Source: Octopus sinensis
Taxonomy: Eukaryota
Length of the DNA: 64,000 nucleotides
Assembly: GCF_006345805.1 (NCBI RefSeq)
Contig: NC_043011.1
Location: 2,108,001 to 2,172,000 of the forward strand
Direction of reading: 5' to 3'
The notes under the pieces were generated by a model, which did not search any database, was not told the DNA's origin, and saw only the letters and a list, made by a program, of their open reading frames with translations. Both the position numbers and the translations under genes were made by a program. Shown here in pieces: positions 12,401 through 24,064 of this stretch; within the stretch, counting starts at the first letter, position 1, and the number at the start of each line of letters is the position of its first letter.

Positions 12401-15400
12401 CATTTTCCCTGGTTTTTTTCCAGTTCCATCACTCTACTGCACTCAAATCATTTTGCATGGTTTTATTCCAGTTCCATCACTCTACTGCACTCAAATCATT
12501 TTACCTGGTTTTATTCCAGTTCCATCACTCTACTGCACTCAAATCATTTTCCCTGGTTTTATTCCAGTTCCATCACTCTACTGCACTCAAATCATTTTCT
12601 CTGGTTTTATTCCAGTTCCATCACTTTACTGCACTCAAATCATTTTCCCTGGTTTTATTCCAGTTCCATCACTCTACTGCACTCAAATCATTTTGCCTGG
12701 TTTTATTCCAGTTCCATCACTCTACTGCACTCAAATCATTTTCCCTGGTTTTATTCCAGTTCCATCACTCTACTGCACTCAAATCATTTTCTGTTTTATT
12801 CCAGTTCCATCACTCTACTGCACTCAAATCATTCTCTGGTTTTATTCCAGTTCCATCACTCTACTGCACTCAAATCATTTTGCCTGGTTTTATTCCAGTT
12901 CCATCACTCTACTGCACTCAAATCATTTTACCTGGTTTTATTCCAGTTCCATCACTCTACTGCACTCAAATCATTTTCCCTGGTTTTATTCCAGTTCCAT
13001 CACTCTACTGCACTCAAATCATTTTCCTGGTTTTATTCCAGTTCCATCACTTTACTGCACTCAAATCATTTTCCTGGTTTTATTCCAGTTCCATCACTCT
13101 ACTGCACTCAAATCATTTTACCTGGTATTCCAGTTCCATCACTCTACTGCACTCAAATCATTTTCCCTGGTTTTATTCCAGTTCCATCACTCTACTGCAC
13201 TCAAATCATTTTCTCCTGGTTTTATTCCAGTTCCATCACTCTACTGCACTCAAATAATTGCCTGGTTTTATTCCAGTTCCATCACTCTACTGCACTCAAA
13301 TCATTTTGCATGGTTTTATCCAGTTCCATCACTCTACTGCACTCAAATCATTTCCCTGGTTTTATTCCAGTTCCATCACTCTACTGCACTCAAATCATTT
13401 TCCCTGGTTTTATTCCAGTTCCATCACTCTACTGCACTCAAATCATTTTCCCTGGTTTTTTCCAGTTCCATCACTCTACTGCACTCAAATCATTTTCCCT
13501 GGTTTATTCCAGTTCCATCACTCTACTGCACTCAAATCATTTCCCTGGTTTTATTCTTTTTTTTCCCTTTTTTATTCCAGTTCCATCACTCTACTGCACT
13601 CAAATCATTTCCCTGGTTTTATTCCAGTTCCATCACTCTACTGCACTCAAATCATTTTCCCTGGTTTTATTCCAGTTCCATCACTCTACTGCACTCAAAT
13701 CATTTTCCTGGTTTTATTCCAGTTCCATCACTCTACTGCACTCAAATCATTTTCCCTGGTTTTATTCCAGTTCCATCACTCTATTGCACTCAAATCGTTC
13801 CTGGTTTTATTCCAGTTCCATCACTCTACTGCACTCAAATCATTTTCTCTGGTTTTATTCCAGTTCCATCACTCTACTGCACTCAAATCATTTTCCCTGG
13901 TTTTATTCCAGTTCCATCACTCTATTGCACTCAAATCGTTTTCCCTGGTTTTATTCCAGTTCCATCACTCTACTGCACTCAAATCGTTTTCCCTGGTTTT
14001 ATTCCAGTTCCATCACTCTACTGCACTCAAATCATTTTCCCTGGTTTTATTCCAGTTCCATCACTCTACTGCACTCAAATCATTTTCCCTGGTTTTATTC
14101 CAGTTCCATCACTCTATTGCACTCAAATCGTTTTCCCTGGTTTTATTCCAGTTCCATCACTCTACTGCACTCAAATCATTTTCCCTGGTTTTATTCCAGT
14201 TCCATCACTCTACTGCACTCAAATCATTTTCCCTGGTTTTATTCCAGTTCCATCACTCTACTGCACTCAAATCATTTTCCCTGGTTTTATTCCAGTTCCA
14301 TCACTCTACTGCACTCAAATCATTTTCTCTGGTTTTATTCCAGTTCCATCACTCTACTGCACTCAAATCATTTTCCCTGGTTTTATTCCAGTTCCATCAC
14401 TCTATTGCACTCAAATCGTTTTCCCTGGTTTTATCCAGTTCCATCACTCTACTGCACTCAAATCATTTTCCTGGTTTTATTCCAGTTCCATCACTCTACT
14501 GCACTCAAATCATTTTCCCTGGTTTTATTCCAGTTCCATCACTCTACTGCACTCAAATCATTTTCCCTGGTTTTATTCCAGTTCCATCACTCTACTGCAC
14601 TCAAATCATTTCCCTGGTTTTATTCCAGTTCCATCACTCTATTGCACTCAAATCGTTTTCCCTGGTTTTATTCCAGTTCCATCACTCTACTGCACTCAAA
14701 TCATTTTCCCTGGTTTTATTCCAGTTCCATCACTCTACTGCACTCAAATCATTTTCTCTGGTTTTATTCCAGTTCCATCACTCTACTGCACTCAAATCAT
14801 TTTCCCTGGTTTTATTCCAGTTCCATCACTCTACTGCACTCAAATCATTTTCCCTGGTTTTATTCCAGTTCCATCACTCTACTGCACTCAAATCATTTTC
14901 CCTGGTTTTATTCCAGTTCCATCACTCTACTGCACTCAAATCATTTTCTCTGGTTTTATTCCAGTTCCATCACTCTACTGCACTCAAATCATTTCCCTGG
15001 TTTTATTCCAGTTCCATCACTCTACTGCACTCAAATCATTTTACCTGTTTTTATTCCAGTTCCATCACTCTACTGCACTCAAATCATTTTCTGTTTTGTT
15101 TTATTCCAGTCCATCACTTACTGCACTCAAATCATTTTGCCTGGTTTTATTCCAGTTCCATTACTCTACTGCACTCAAATCATTTTACCTGGTTTTATTC
15201 CAGTTCCATCACTCTACTGCACTCAAATCATTTTCCCTGGTTTTATTCCAGTTCCATCACTCTACTGCACTCAAATCATTTTCCCTGGTTTTATTCCAGT
15301 TCCATCACTCTACTGCACTCAAATCATTTTCCCTGGTTTTATTCCAGTTCCATCACTCTATTGCACTCAAATCGTTTTCCCTGGTTTTATTCCAGTTCCA

Positions 15401-18400
15401 TCACTCTACTGCACTCAAATCATTTTCCCTGGTTTTATTCCAGTTCCATCACTCTACTGCACTCAAATCATTTTCTCTGGTTTTATTCCAGTTCCATCAC
15501 TCTACTGCACTCAAATCATTTTCCCTGGTTTTATTCCAGTTCCATCACTCTATTGCACTCAAATCGTTTTCCCTGGTTTTATTCCAGTTCCATCACTCTA
15601 CTGCACTCAAATCGTTTTCCCTGGTTTTATTCCAGTTCCATCACTCTACTGCACTCAAATCATTTTCCCTGGTTTTATTCCAGTTCCATCACTCTAGCAC
15701 TCAAATCATTTTCCCTGGTTTTATTCCAGTTCCATCACTCTATTGCACTCAAATCGTTTTCCCTGGTTTTATTCCAGTTCCATCACTCTACTGCACTCAA
15801 ATCATTTTCCCTGGTTTTATTCCAGTTCCATCACTCTACTGCACTCAAATCATTTTCCCTGGTTTTATTCCAGTTCCATCACTCTACTGCACTCAAATCA
15901 TTTTCCCTGGTTTTATTCCAGTTCCATCACTCTACTGCACTCAAATCATTTTCTCTGGTTTTATTCCAGTTCCATCACTCTACTGCACTCAAATCATTTT
16001 CCCTGGTTTTATTCCAGTTCCATCACTCTATTGCACTCAAATCGTTTTCCTGGTTTTATTCCAGTTCCATCACTCTACTGCACTCAAATCATTTCCCTGG
16101 TTTTATTCCAGTTCCATCACTCTACTGCACTCAAATCATTTTCCCTGGTTTTATTCCAGTTCCATCACTCTACTGCACTCAAATCATTTTCCCTGGTTTT
16201 ATTCCAGTTCCATCACTCTACTGCACTCAAATCATTTTCCCTGGTTTTATTCCAGTTCCATCACTCTATTGCACTCAAATCGTTTTCCCTGGTTTTATTC
16301 CAGTTCCATCACTCTACTGCACTCAAATCATTTTCCCTGGTTTTATTCCAGTTCCATCACTCTACTGCACTCAAATCATTTTCTCTGGTTTTATTCCAGT
16401 TCCATCACTCTACTGCACTCAAATCATTTTGCCTGGTTTTATTCCAGTTCCATTACTCTACTGCACTCAAATCATTTTCCCTGGTTTTATTCCAGTTCCA
16501 TCACTCTACTGCACTCAAATCATTTTCCCTGGTTTTATTCCAGTTCCATCACTCTACTGCACTCAAATCATTTTACCTGGTATTCCAGTTCCATCACTCT
16601 ACTGCACTCAAATCATTTTCCCTGGTTTTATTCCAGTTCCATCACTCTACTGCCCTCAAATCATTTTCTCTGGTTTTATTCCAGTTCCATCACTCTACTG
16701 CACTCAAATAATTTGCCTGGTTTTATTCCAGTTCCATCACTCTACTGCACTCAAATCATTTTGCATGGTTTTATTCCAGTTCCATCACTCTACTGCACTC
16801 AAATCATTTTCCCTGGTTTTATTCCAGTTCCATCACTCTACTGCACTCAAATCATTTTCCCTGGTTTTATTCCAGTTCCATCACTCTACTGCACTCAAAT
16901 CATTTTCCCTGGTTTTTTTCCAGTTCCATCACTCTACTGCACTCAAATCATGTTCCCTGGTTTTATTCCAGTTCCATCACTCTACTGCACTCAAATCATT
17001 TTCCCTGGTTTTATTCCAGTTCCATCACTCTATTGCACTCAAATCATTTTCCCTGGTTTTATTCCAGTTCCATCACTCTACTGCACTCAAATCATTTTCC
17101 CTGGTTTTATTCCAGTTCCATCACTCTACTGCACTCAAATCATTTTCCCTGGTTTTATTCCAGTTCCATCACTCTACTGCACTCAAATCATTTTCCCTGG
17201 TTTTATTCCAGTTCCATCACTCTACTGCACTCAAATCATTTTCCCTGGTTTTATTCCAGTTCCATCACTCTATTGCACTCAAATCGTTTTCCCTGGTTTT
17301 ATTCCAGTTCCATCACTCTACTGCACTCAAATCATTTTCCCTGGTTTTATTCCAGTTCCATCACTCTACTGCACTCAAATCATTTTCTCTGGTTTTATTC
17401 CAGTTCCATCACTCTACTGCACTCAAATCATTTTCCCTGGTTTTATTCCAGTTCCATCACTCTATTGCACTCAAATCGTTTTCCCTGGTTTTATTCCAGT
17501 TCCATCACTCTACTGCACTCAAATCGTTTTCCCTGGTTTTATTCCAGTTCCATCACTCTACTGCACTCAAATCATTTTCCTGGTTTTATTCCAGTTCCAT
17601 CACTCTACTGCACTCAAATCATTTTCCCTGGTTTTATTCCAGTTCCATCACTCTATTGCACTCAAATCGTTTTCCCTGGTTTTATTCCAGTTCCATCACT
17701 CTACTGCACTCAAATCATTTTCCCTGGTTTTATTCCAGTTCCATCACTCTACTGCACTCAAATCATTTTCCCTGGTTTTATTCCAGTTCCATCACTCTAC
17801 TGCACTCAAATCATTTTCCCTGGTTTTATTCCAGTTCCATCACTCTACTGCACTCAAATCATTTTCTCTGGTTTTATTCCAGTTCCATCACTCTACTGCA
17901 CTCAATTCATTTTCCCTGGTTTTATTCCAGTTCCATCACTCTATTGCACTCAAATCGTTTTCCCTGGTTTTATTCCAGTTCCATCACTCTACTGCACTCA
18001 AATCATTTTCCCTGGTTTTATTCCAGTTCCATCACTCTACTGCACTCAAATCATTTTCCCTGGTTTTATTCCAGTTCCATCACTCTACTGCACTCAAATC
18101 ATTTTCCCTGGTTTTATTCCAGTTCCATCACTCTATGCACTCAAATCATTTTCCCTGGTTTTATTCCAGTTCCATCACTCTATGCACTCAAATCGTTTTC
18201 CCTGGTTTTATTCCAGTTCCATCACTCTACTGCACTCAAATCATTTTCCCTGGTTTTATTCCAGTTCCATCACTCTACTGCACTCAAATCATTTTCTCTG
18301 GTTTTATTCCAGTTCCATCACTCTACTGCACTCAAATCATTTTCCCTGGTTTTATTCCAGTTCCATCACTCTACTGCACTCAAATCATTTTCCCTGGTTT

Positions 18401-18525
18401 TATTCCAGTTCCATCACTCTACTGCACTCAAATCATTTTCCCTGGTTTTATTCCAGTTCCATCACTCTACTGCACTCAAATCATTTTCTCTGGTTTTATT
18501 CCAGTTCCATCACTCTACTGCACTC
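3477..18525. repeat. 48-bp tandem minisatellite array, about 313 units, 15.05 kb
   Basis: Unit cattttccctggttttattccagttccatcactctactgcactcaaat; 16-aa periodicity in all ORF translations; both ends bounded by actgcactc. Confidence 0.98.
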
Positions 18526-19012
18526 TATACCTTTTATCCAACACTCTCCCAATTCTTAAATCCTTCCAGCCCACAATATCATTCATCAATTATTTACAGG
18601 TAATTAATTAATGCTTCAATTACTGGATTATTGCTGTTGGGTTGTTTTAACATTTTTAAAAACATTTATCTAATATCATTTGATGGTATACCATTAGAAG
18701 CTGTTTTACTTTCCACTTAAATGTTTAATCATGCCACTGTTATATGTACCATGCCACTGAGAAAATGCAGCCAGCAAGCGTTTGCAGCTTTTTCTTGTCC
18801 TTTCTCAAGACAATCTTTGCTAACATCACGAAAATTTGTTACTTGAATATCTCCAACCCAAACAGACTTGCTTGTAGACTTCACTACATTTCTTGCAGTT
18901 TAATTACTGCATAGAAAAGACTTTCAGCTACTTTGTAAGCCTTGATTTATAGACTCATCTCAACTATTGGCAGCTCATTGTCATTTTGTCTCCTGCAATG
19001 ATTTTATAAAAT

Positions 19013-19530
19013 CAAAATCAAATCAAAATCATTTCGATGACTGGCACTATACGAGTGCGATCGTTGACAGAGAGGCTATTCGAGTATGATCGTTACCAGC
19101 GTCGCCTTACTGGCACTTATGCCTGTGCTAGTAGGGTGCCAAGAGCACCATCCAAGCATGATCATTGTGATCGTTGCCAGAGCAGCCAACTGGCTTCCGT
19201 ACCCGTGGCATGTAAAAGGGCACCATTCGAGCGTGATCGTTACCAACGTTGCTTCACTAGCACCTGTGTTGGTGGCACGTATAAAAAGATTCGAGCGAAG
19301 TCATTGCCAGTGCCGCCTGACTGGCCCCCGTGCAGGTGGCACATAAAAAGCACCCACTACACTCTTGGAGTGGTTGGCATTAGGAAGGGCATCCAGCTGT
19401 AGATACTCTGCCAGATCAAGACTGGAGCCTGGTGCAGCCATCTGGTTTCCAGCCCTCAGTCAAAACCGTCCAACCCATGCTAGCATGGAAAACGGACGTT
19501 AAACGATTATGATGATGATGATGATGATGA
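19013..19530 (+). mobile_element. RTE 3'-UTR family insertion with (GAT)n tail and probable 5-bp TSD aaaat
   Basis: Family sequence; aaaat at 19008-19012 and 19531-19535. Confidence 0.85.
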
Positions 19531-19599
19531 AAAATAATTTGTGTATCTCTTAATTGGTAACTACTGTTTGAGCTTTCATTGTCAATGCTTCTTTTCTTC

Positions 19600-19763
19600 T
19601 CATAATCTCTGCTTTGTTTCATCTTCAAGTTCTTTACTAAAGACTTGGCTTAGTTCTTCCTTCTTTAAGCTGCTTCTCTGTGCAACCCAGTCTCTGACAA
19701 TGTTTTCATACAAGTATTGCCTATAGAACCTCAAGCTCAATATCAACTGCCCTCCTACATTGA
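19600..19763 (-). CDS. Candidate coding exon (VNVGGQLILSLRFYRQYLYENIVRDWVAQRSSLKKEELSQVFSKELEDETKQRL*), product unknown
   Basis: Acceptor tttttttccattcttacttAG at 19764-65; 66-nt intron up to a GTAAGT donor; in frame with the upstream micro-exons. Confidence 0.4.
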
Positions 19764-19829
19764 CTAAGTAAGAATGGAAAAAAAAGATTACAACATTTAG
19801 GTTTTTGTTTCCTTGCAGAGAGTACTTAC

Positions 19830-19849
19830 CTTGTCTCTTCCACAATCTC
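19830..19849 (-). CDS. Candidate 20-nt micro-exon (E)RLWKRQ
   Basis: ttctgtaggtAG|GAGATTGTGGAAGAGACAAG|GTAAGT; requires the distal of two tandem AGs. Confidence 0.35.
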
Positions 19850-20662
19850 CTACCTACAGAAATTATCCATGCTTACTTTAGACATGTTTCATAAATGCGT
19901 TTTATGAACACAGCCTCAAATAAGAACAGAAACCATTACCTCAGATGCTGTGCAAAAGTATTTAAACACAGTATAAAGTAACAAACCTATGGAAATTCTT
20001 CTTTCTCAGAAACAGCACACAGTTAAATTTCAGAAAGCTCTGGAATTGTAATGTGATGTACTATGTAATATGAGTTGAAACACGATAAATGTATGATACC
20101 AGTAGACCAACTGTACAGTTCGTAACATGAACTATGATATATGTACAGTAGCATAATATGATGCATGATAAAGTGGACACCATAACACGACGTATGTTAT
20201 ATGTATAGTACTATAACTCAAATTTCAATGTAAGCAGAGTGCTATAACACTTTGTATGTATTAGTGTACACAGTATGTCCACAAATGCTGCCGTACTTTA
20301 AGAAGTACAACCAGACATGAGCTAACTTCCAGCGTAAATGTTGAAATATGACACCTAAAGACAATCCAAAATCTGATCTTTTGTTTCAGTTTTAGAAAAT
20401 ACTTCAGCTCTGAAGACAATCCTATATTAAAGACTTACTAAGATGATGTAACTATTCCATACAAATAACTAGATTCTGCTCCATTCTAAGCACTTTATTT
20501 TAACCAATTTTCTATAAACAATTTGTCAAGAACAATGTGTCAAGACATTTACTATGAATCCCGCCCCCAAACACCAACCAGCAAAATTTCAAACTGAATT
20601 GACCTCACCAGCTGATTATGATGTTTTAAGGGTTATATAGTTATTGCATTTCCTCTTCAATA

Positions 20663-21012
20663 ATCATCATCATCGTTTAACGTCTGCTTTCCATGCTGGC
20701 ATGGGTTGGACGGTTCAACTGGGGTCTGGGAAGCCAGGAGGCTGCACCAGGCTCCAGTCTGATCTGGCAGTGTTTCTACAGCTGGATGCCCTTCCTAACA
20801 CCAACCACTCCGTGAGTGTAGTGGGTGATTTTTATGTGCCACGGACACAGGTGCCAGACGAGGTTGGCGAACGACCACTCTCGGATGGTGTTTTTTTTAT
20901 GTACCACGGACACAGGTGCCAGATGAGGTTGGCGAACGGCCACGCTCGGATGGTGTTTTTTACTTGCCACCGGCACAGAGGCCAGGCGGGGCTGGCATGG
21001 CCGCGATCGGAT
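20663..21012 (-). mobile_element. RTE 3'-UTR family copy
   Basis: Same terminus and internal ggcac repeats as the other copies. Confidence 0.85.
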
Positions 21013-21040
21013 TTGTCACAAAGGCATCCCTTTGAATTAA

Positions 21041-21262
21041 CCCTTTTGTTACTGTATTTATTTTGAGATGCTCTGTGTTTTTCTCAATTGTTTTAGATAT
21101 AACAAAGAATTTAGTAAAATAACTCAGTTGTCATTAAGCTAGTGTCAGAGACCATTAATTGTGACTAAGGTTTGGTGGAAGATTTTAATTCAAAATTTAT
21201 GAAACCAAGACATTTGTACTACAGAGCCAGAGCCAGTTTCAGCCGGGCTGGTAACAAAAGGG
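21041..21262. mobile_element. 222-bp MITE with TTAA target duplication (piggyBac-type)
   Basis: TTAA|CCCTTTTGTTAC...GTAACAAAAGGG|TTAA; perfect 12-bp TIR. Confidence 0.85.
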
Positions 21263-22326
21263 TTAAATGATAAACAAGATTTAATTTATGGACTATCCAT
21301 TTAGTTTGGTAGGATACAGGAATTAAATCTATGAAGAATTCATCAAATAAGAATATAATACTTCAAGTACTGGAAAAATCTCAGATATGTATGAATAAAA
21401 TGGCAGTTCACTAGCTCTTCTCAGAACTGTGTGATTGTCTCCAATTATTATGTTTTCTTTTTGCTTTAATTTATACTAATTGGTAAGAGTATATTACTAA
21501 ATACTTGGAAAAGATTTCAGTAAAAATATATTAAGAAACCTTGATGTATAAAGTTGTCTAATACTTGTCAAGAGATATTTCTGAATTTTTTCTTTCATAT
21601 CTTGTCGCAACAAATATCTACAATCAATCCAAATGCCCTCTAGGGATACCAATCGCAATAATTTTCAGAAAATATCTTGTTATCACTATGTTCTCAGAGG
21701 CAATAACAGTGTCTAGCTATTGAAAATGTTTTTTTTTTTACTTTTAAGTCAAGTGTAAAATGAAAAACGATGTCATAGTCCAAATGTGTTATTTCTATCT
21801 ATCTGATCAAGTGTTTAAAATGAATAAGAACAGTTCTATATATTATATAATGCAGAATAGTATTTACATAGAAGATTAATGTTGTCTAGAAGTTGGACAT
21901 TTGTTTTACACAAGAAAAAAATGATACAGAGGTCTGCCTCTTTCTTTCTCCTCTCTCTCTCTCTCTCCCTTTCTTTCTTGTAAACAGACACCCATAAAAA
22001 AACTATGGTTATATGAGAAAATACTCACACATACACAATCAGGCATGTGTATATGCACACACACACACATACTGATTTTATCTATTTTCCTTCTCTATCA
22101 TCTTTTCATTTCTAACAGAGAGAAATGAAAGTTTCCTGTTTGATATGAGCAATTTAAAGAGAATAAGTTTGAATATTTTATGTTGCCTAATATTTACCTG
22201 CTGACTTCCAGCTAAATCTGAAGTATTTCACACTTTTATATCTTCCTTTAGGGACATTTTTTCCCCTCTTTAATATTTACCAGTTACCTTTAATCCCATT
22301 TATTCTTTACAAATACATGAATTTTC

Positions 22327-22370
<44 letters not shown>

Positions 22371-22824
22371 GCAACAATATTGATACCTTTAATATCGACT
22401 TCATCTCAGAGTTTAAGAATTAATGTGTAGATAAAGTAGCCAACTCAGATATTAAGTTATATATTTGTGCACATATGTATACATATGTTTGTTTGTGTAT
22501 CTGTGTGTACGATAAGTGTACGTGTGTGTGTGTGTGTGTGTGTGTTTGCATACATGCATAAATGTGCACACACACAAGCACTCACAATTACTCATACGTG
22601 TTTAGCTACAGACATATAGTAACATTTCTCCACATTAATGCAATTTCGAATTATGTAACTCATTCATGTCACGACACATTCCATTTGTTTTTGCTAGTTT
22701 TTCCTATGATTTTTTGCGGGGCTGACTTCACTCAGGCTTGGCCTTGATGGTTAAAACAAATTGAGAAACTACCATCTGAACTGACATCTAAAAGAAGTAA
22801 CTACTCAAAATCAGAAAAAAACCC

Positions 22825-23093
22825 CACAGGAGTGGCTGTGTGGTAAGTAGCTTGCTAACCAACCACATGGTTCCGGGTTCATATATGTGTGTCTGTGTTT
22901 GTCCCCCTAGCATTGCTTGACAACCGATGCTGGTGTGTTTACCTCCCCATCACTTAGCGGTTCGGCAAAAGAGACCGATAGAATAAGTACTGGGCTTACA
23001 AAGAATAAGTCCTGGGGTCGATTTGCTCGACTAAAGGCGATGCTCCAGCATGGCTGCAGTCAAATGACTGAAACAAGTAAAAGAGTAAAAGAG
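22825..23093 (+). mobile_element. SINE family A with an internal deletion
   Basis: Head ends at ggttccgggttca (22881) and joins directly to the central microsatellite. Confidence 0.85.
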
Positions 23094-23140
23094 AGAGAGT
23101 ATATAAATTCAGTCTGAGTGCTTCAACACATCAAACTTAC

Positions 23141-23180
23141 TCATTTACCAGAGCAGGTTTCATGAGTGATTCCCACTGAT
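23141..23180 (-). CDS. Candidate 40-nt exon (D)QWESLMKPALVN(E)
   Basis: ctttactattcacaactgctAG|ATCAGTGG...GTAAATGA|GTAAGT; phase compatible with neighbouring candidates. Confidence 0.45.
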
Positions 23181-23433
23181 CTAGCAGTTGTGAATAGTAA
23201 AGCAGATACCAGTATAATTGATGTGGTAAACAAAGAAATCATAATTAAAAATTTCTTGGTTTACTAATCAAATATTGTACACTTTCCAATTATGTTTTTT
23301 TTGCACAGCAGACATCTCTGAGTAATTTTACTTAGACAATCATATAAGCAGATGTTTGTTGCAGACATGTACGTAAATGTTAGTATTTTTGTTTTAACTC
23401 TTTGCTAAGAATGCCAAACATTTTTTGACTTAC

Positions 23434-23444
23434 CATCTCGTATG
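23434..23444 (-). CDS. Candidate 11-nt micro-exon (S)IRD(D)
   Basis: aatttAG|CATACGAGATG|GTAAGT; weak polypyrimidine tract, 60-nt upstream intron. Confidence 0.25.
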
Positions 23445-23504
23445 CTAAATTAATATTACTTTTTGTACTCTTAAAACTACTGAAGACCAGTGTTTTTTGA
23501 TTAC

Positions 23505-23581
23505 CTAGCATCACATATATTGCTTGTTGGCATCTTGGCTTTCTTTTTCTTTGACTACATCTCTGATTTGAAGTATATGAA
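23505..23581 (-). CDS. Candidate upstream exon, ATG at 23533 (MPTSNICDA)
   Basis: cacttacagtttacAG acceptor and AG|GTAATC donor; an in-frame TAG lies upstream of the ATG. Confidence 0.25.
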
Positions 23582-23659
23582 CTGTAAACTGTAAGTGCAA
23601 AGTGCCAAATGTGTCAGCTAATAGATTGAATAGAAATATATACAGCAATATGCAATATA

Positions 23660-24064
23660 GGCACAGGAGTGGCTGTGTGGTAAGTAGCTTGTCTACCAAC
23701 CGCATGGTTCTGGGTTCAGTCCCACTGCGTGGCACCTTGGGTAAGTGTCTTCTACTACAGCCTCGGGCTGACCAAAGCCTTGTGAGTGGATTTGGTAGAT
23801 GGAAACTAAAAGAAGCCCGTCGTATATATGTATATATATATGCGTGTGTGTGTGTTTGTGTGTCTGTGTTTGTCCCCTAGCATTGCTTGACAACCGATGC
23901 TGGTGTGTTTATGTCCCCGTCACTTAGCGGTTCGGCAAAAGAGACTGATAGAATAAGTACTGGGCTTACAAAAGAATAAGTCCTGGGGTCGAGTTGCTCG
24001 ACTAAAGGCGGTGCTCCAGCATGGCCGCAGTCAAATGACTGAAACAAGTAAAAGAGTAAAAGAG
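23660..24064 (+). mobile_element. Full-length SINE family A
   Basis: A-box-like tggctgtgtgg, B-box-like ggttcagtccc, central microsatellite, (AAAGAGT)n-like tail. Confidence 0.9.

Larger units (their letters stand above)
18526..19763 (-). pseudogene. Candidate decayed coding exon, split by an RTE insertion and in frame with the array unit
   Basis: One frame reads VNVGGQLILSLRFYRQYLYENIVRDW...ETKQRL*EEKKH*Q*KLKQ*LPIKRYTNY/FIKSLQETK*Q*AANS*DES...ESVG*KV*SAVE*WNWNK once 19013-19535 (insertion plus one TSD copy) is removed; 16 stops in about 238 codons, 9 of them TGA; stop density is not below random. Confidence 0.35.

Noticed and set aside
13200-13800. Indel-rich units and a T-rich oddity at about 13555 as biological signal
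   Set aside because: Mostly single-base losses in homopolymers, typical of long-read consensus error
3477-18525. CRISPR-like array
   Set aside because: Units are contiguous with no unique spacers, there are no cas genes, and the context is eukaryotic
3466-18611. Giant ORFs (up to 2132 aa) as real proteins
   Set aside because: Pure translations of the 48-bp unit; frames switch at indels with no sign of frame preservation
18526-19600. Selenoprotein or variant genetic code explaining the TGA-rich frame
   Set aside because: TAA and TAG also interrupt the frame, the contexts fit Arg rather than Cys/Sec, no SECIS was identified, and host SINE/LINE insertions show it is nuclear host DNA
19830-23180. 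Assigning a gene name to the micro-exon peptide
   Set aside because: Only a loose W..N..W spacing resemblance to remembered proteins; not supportable without a search
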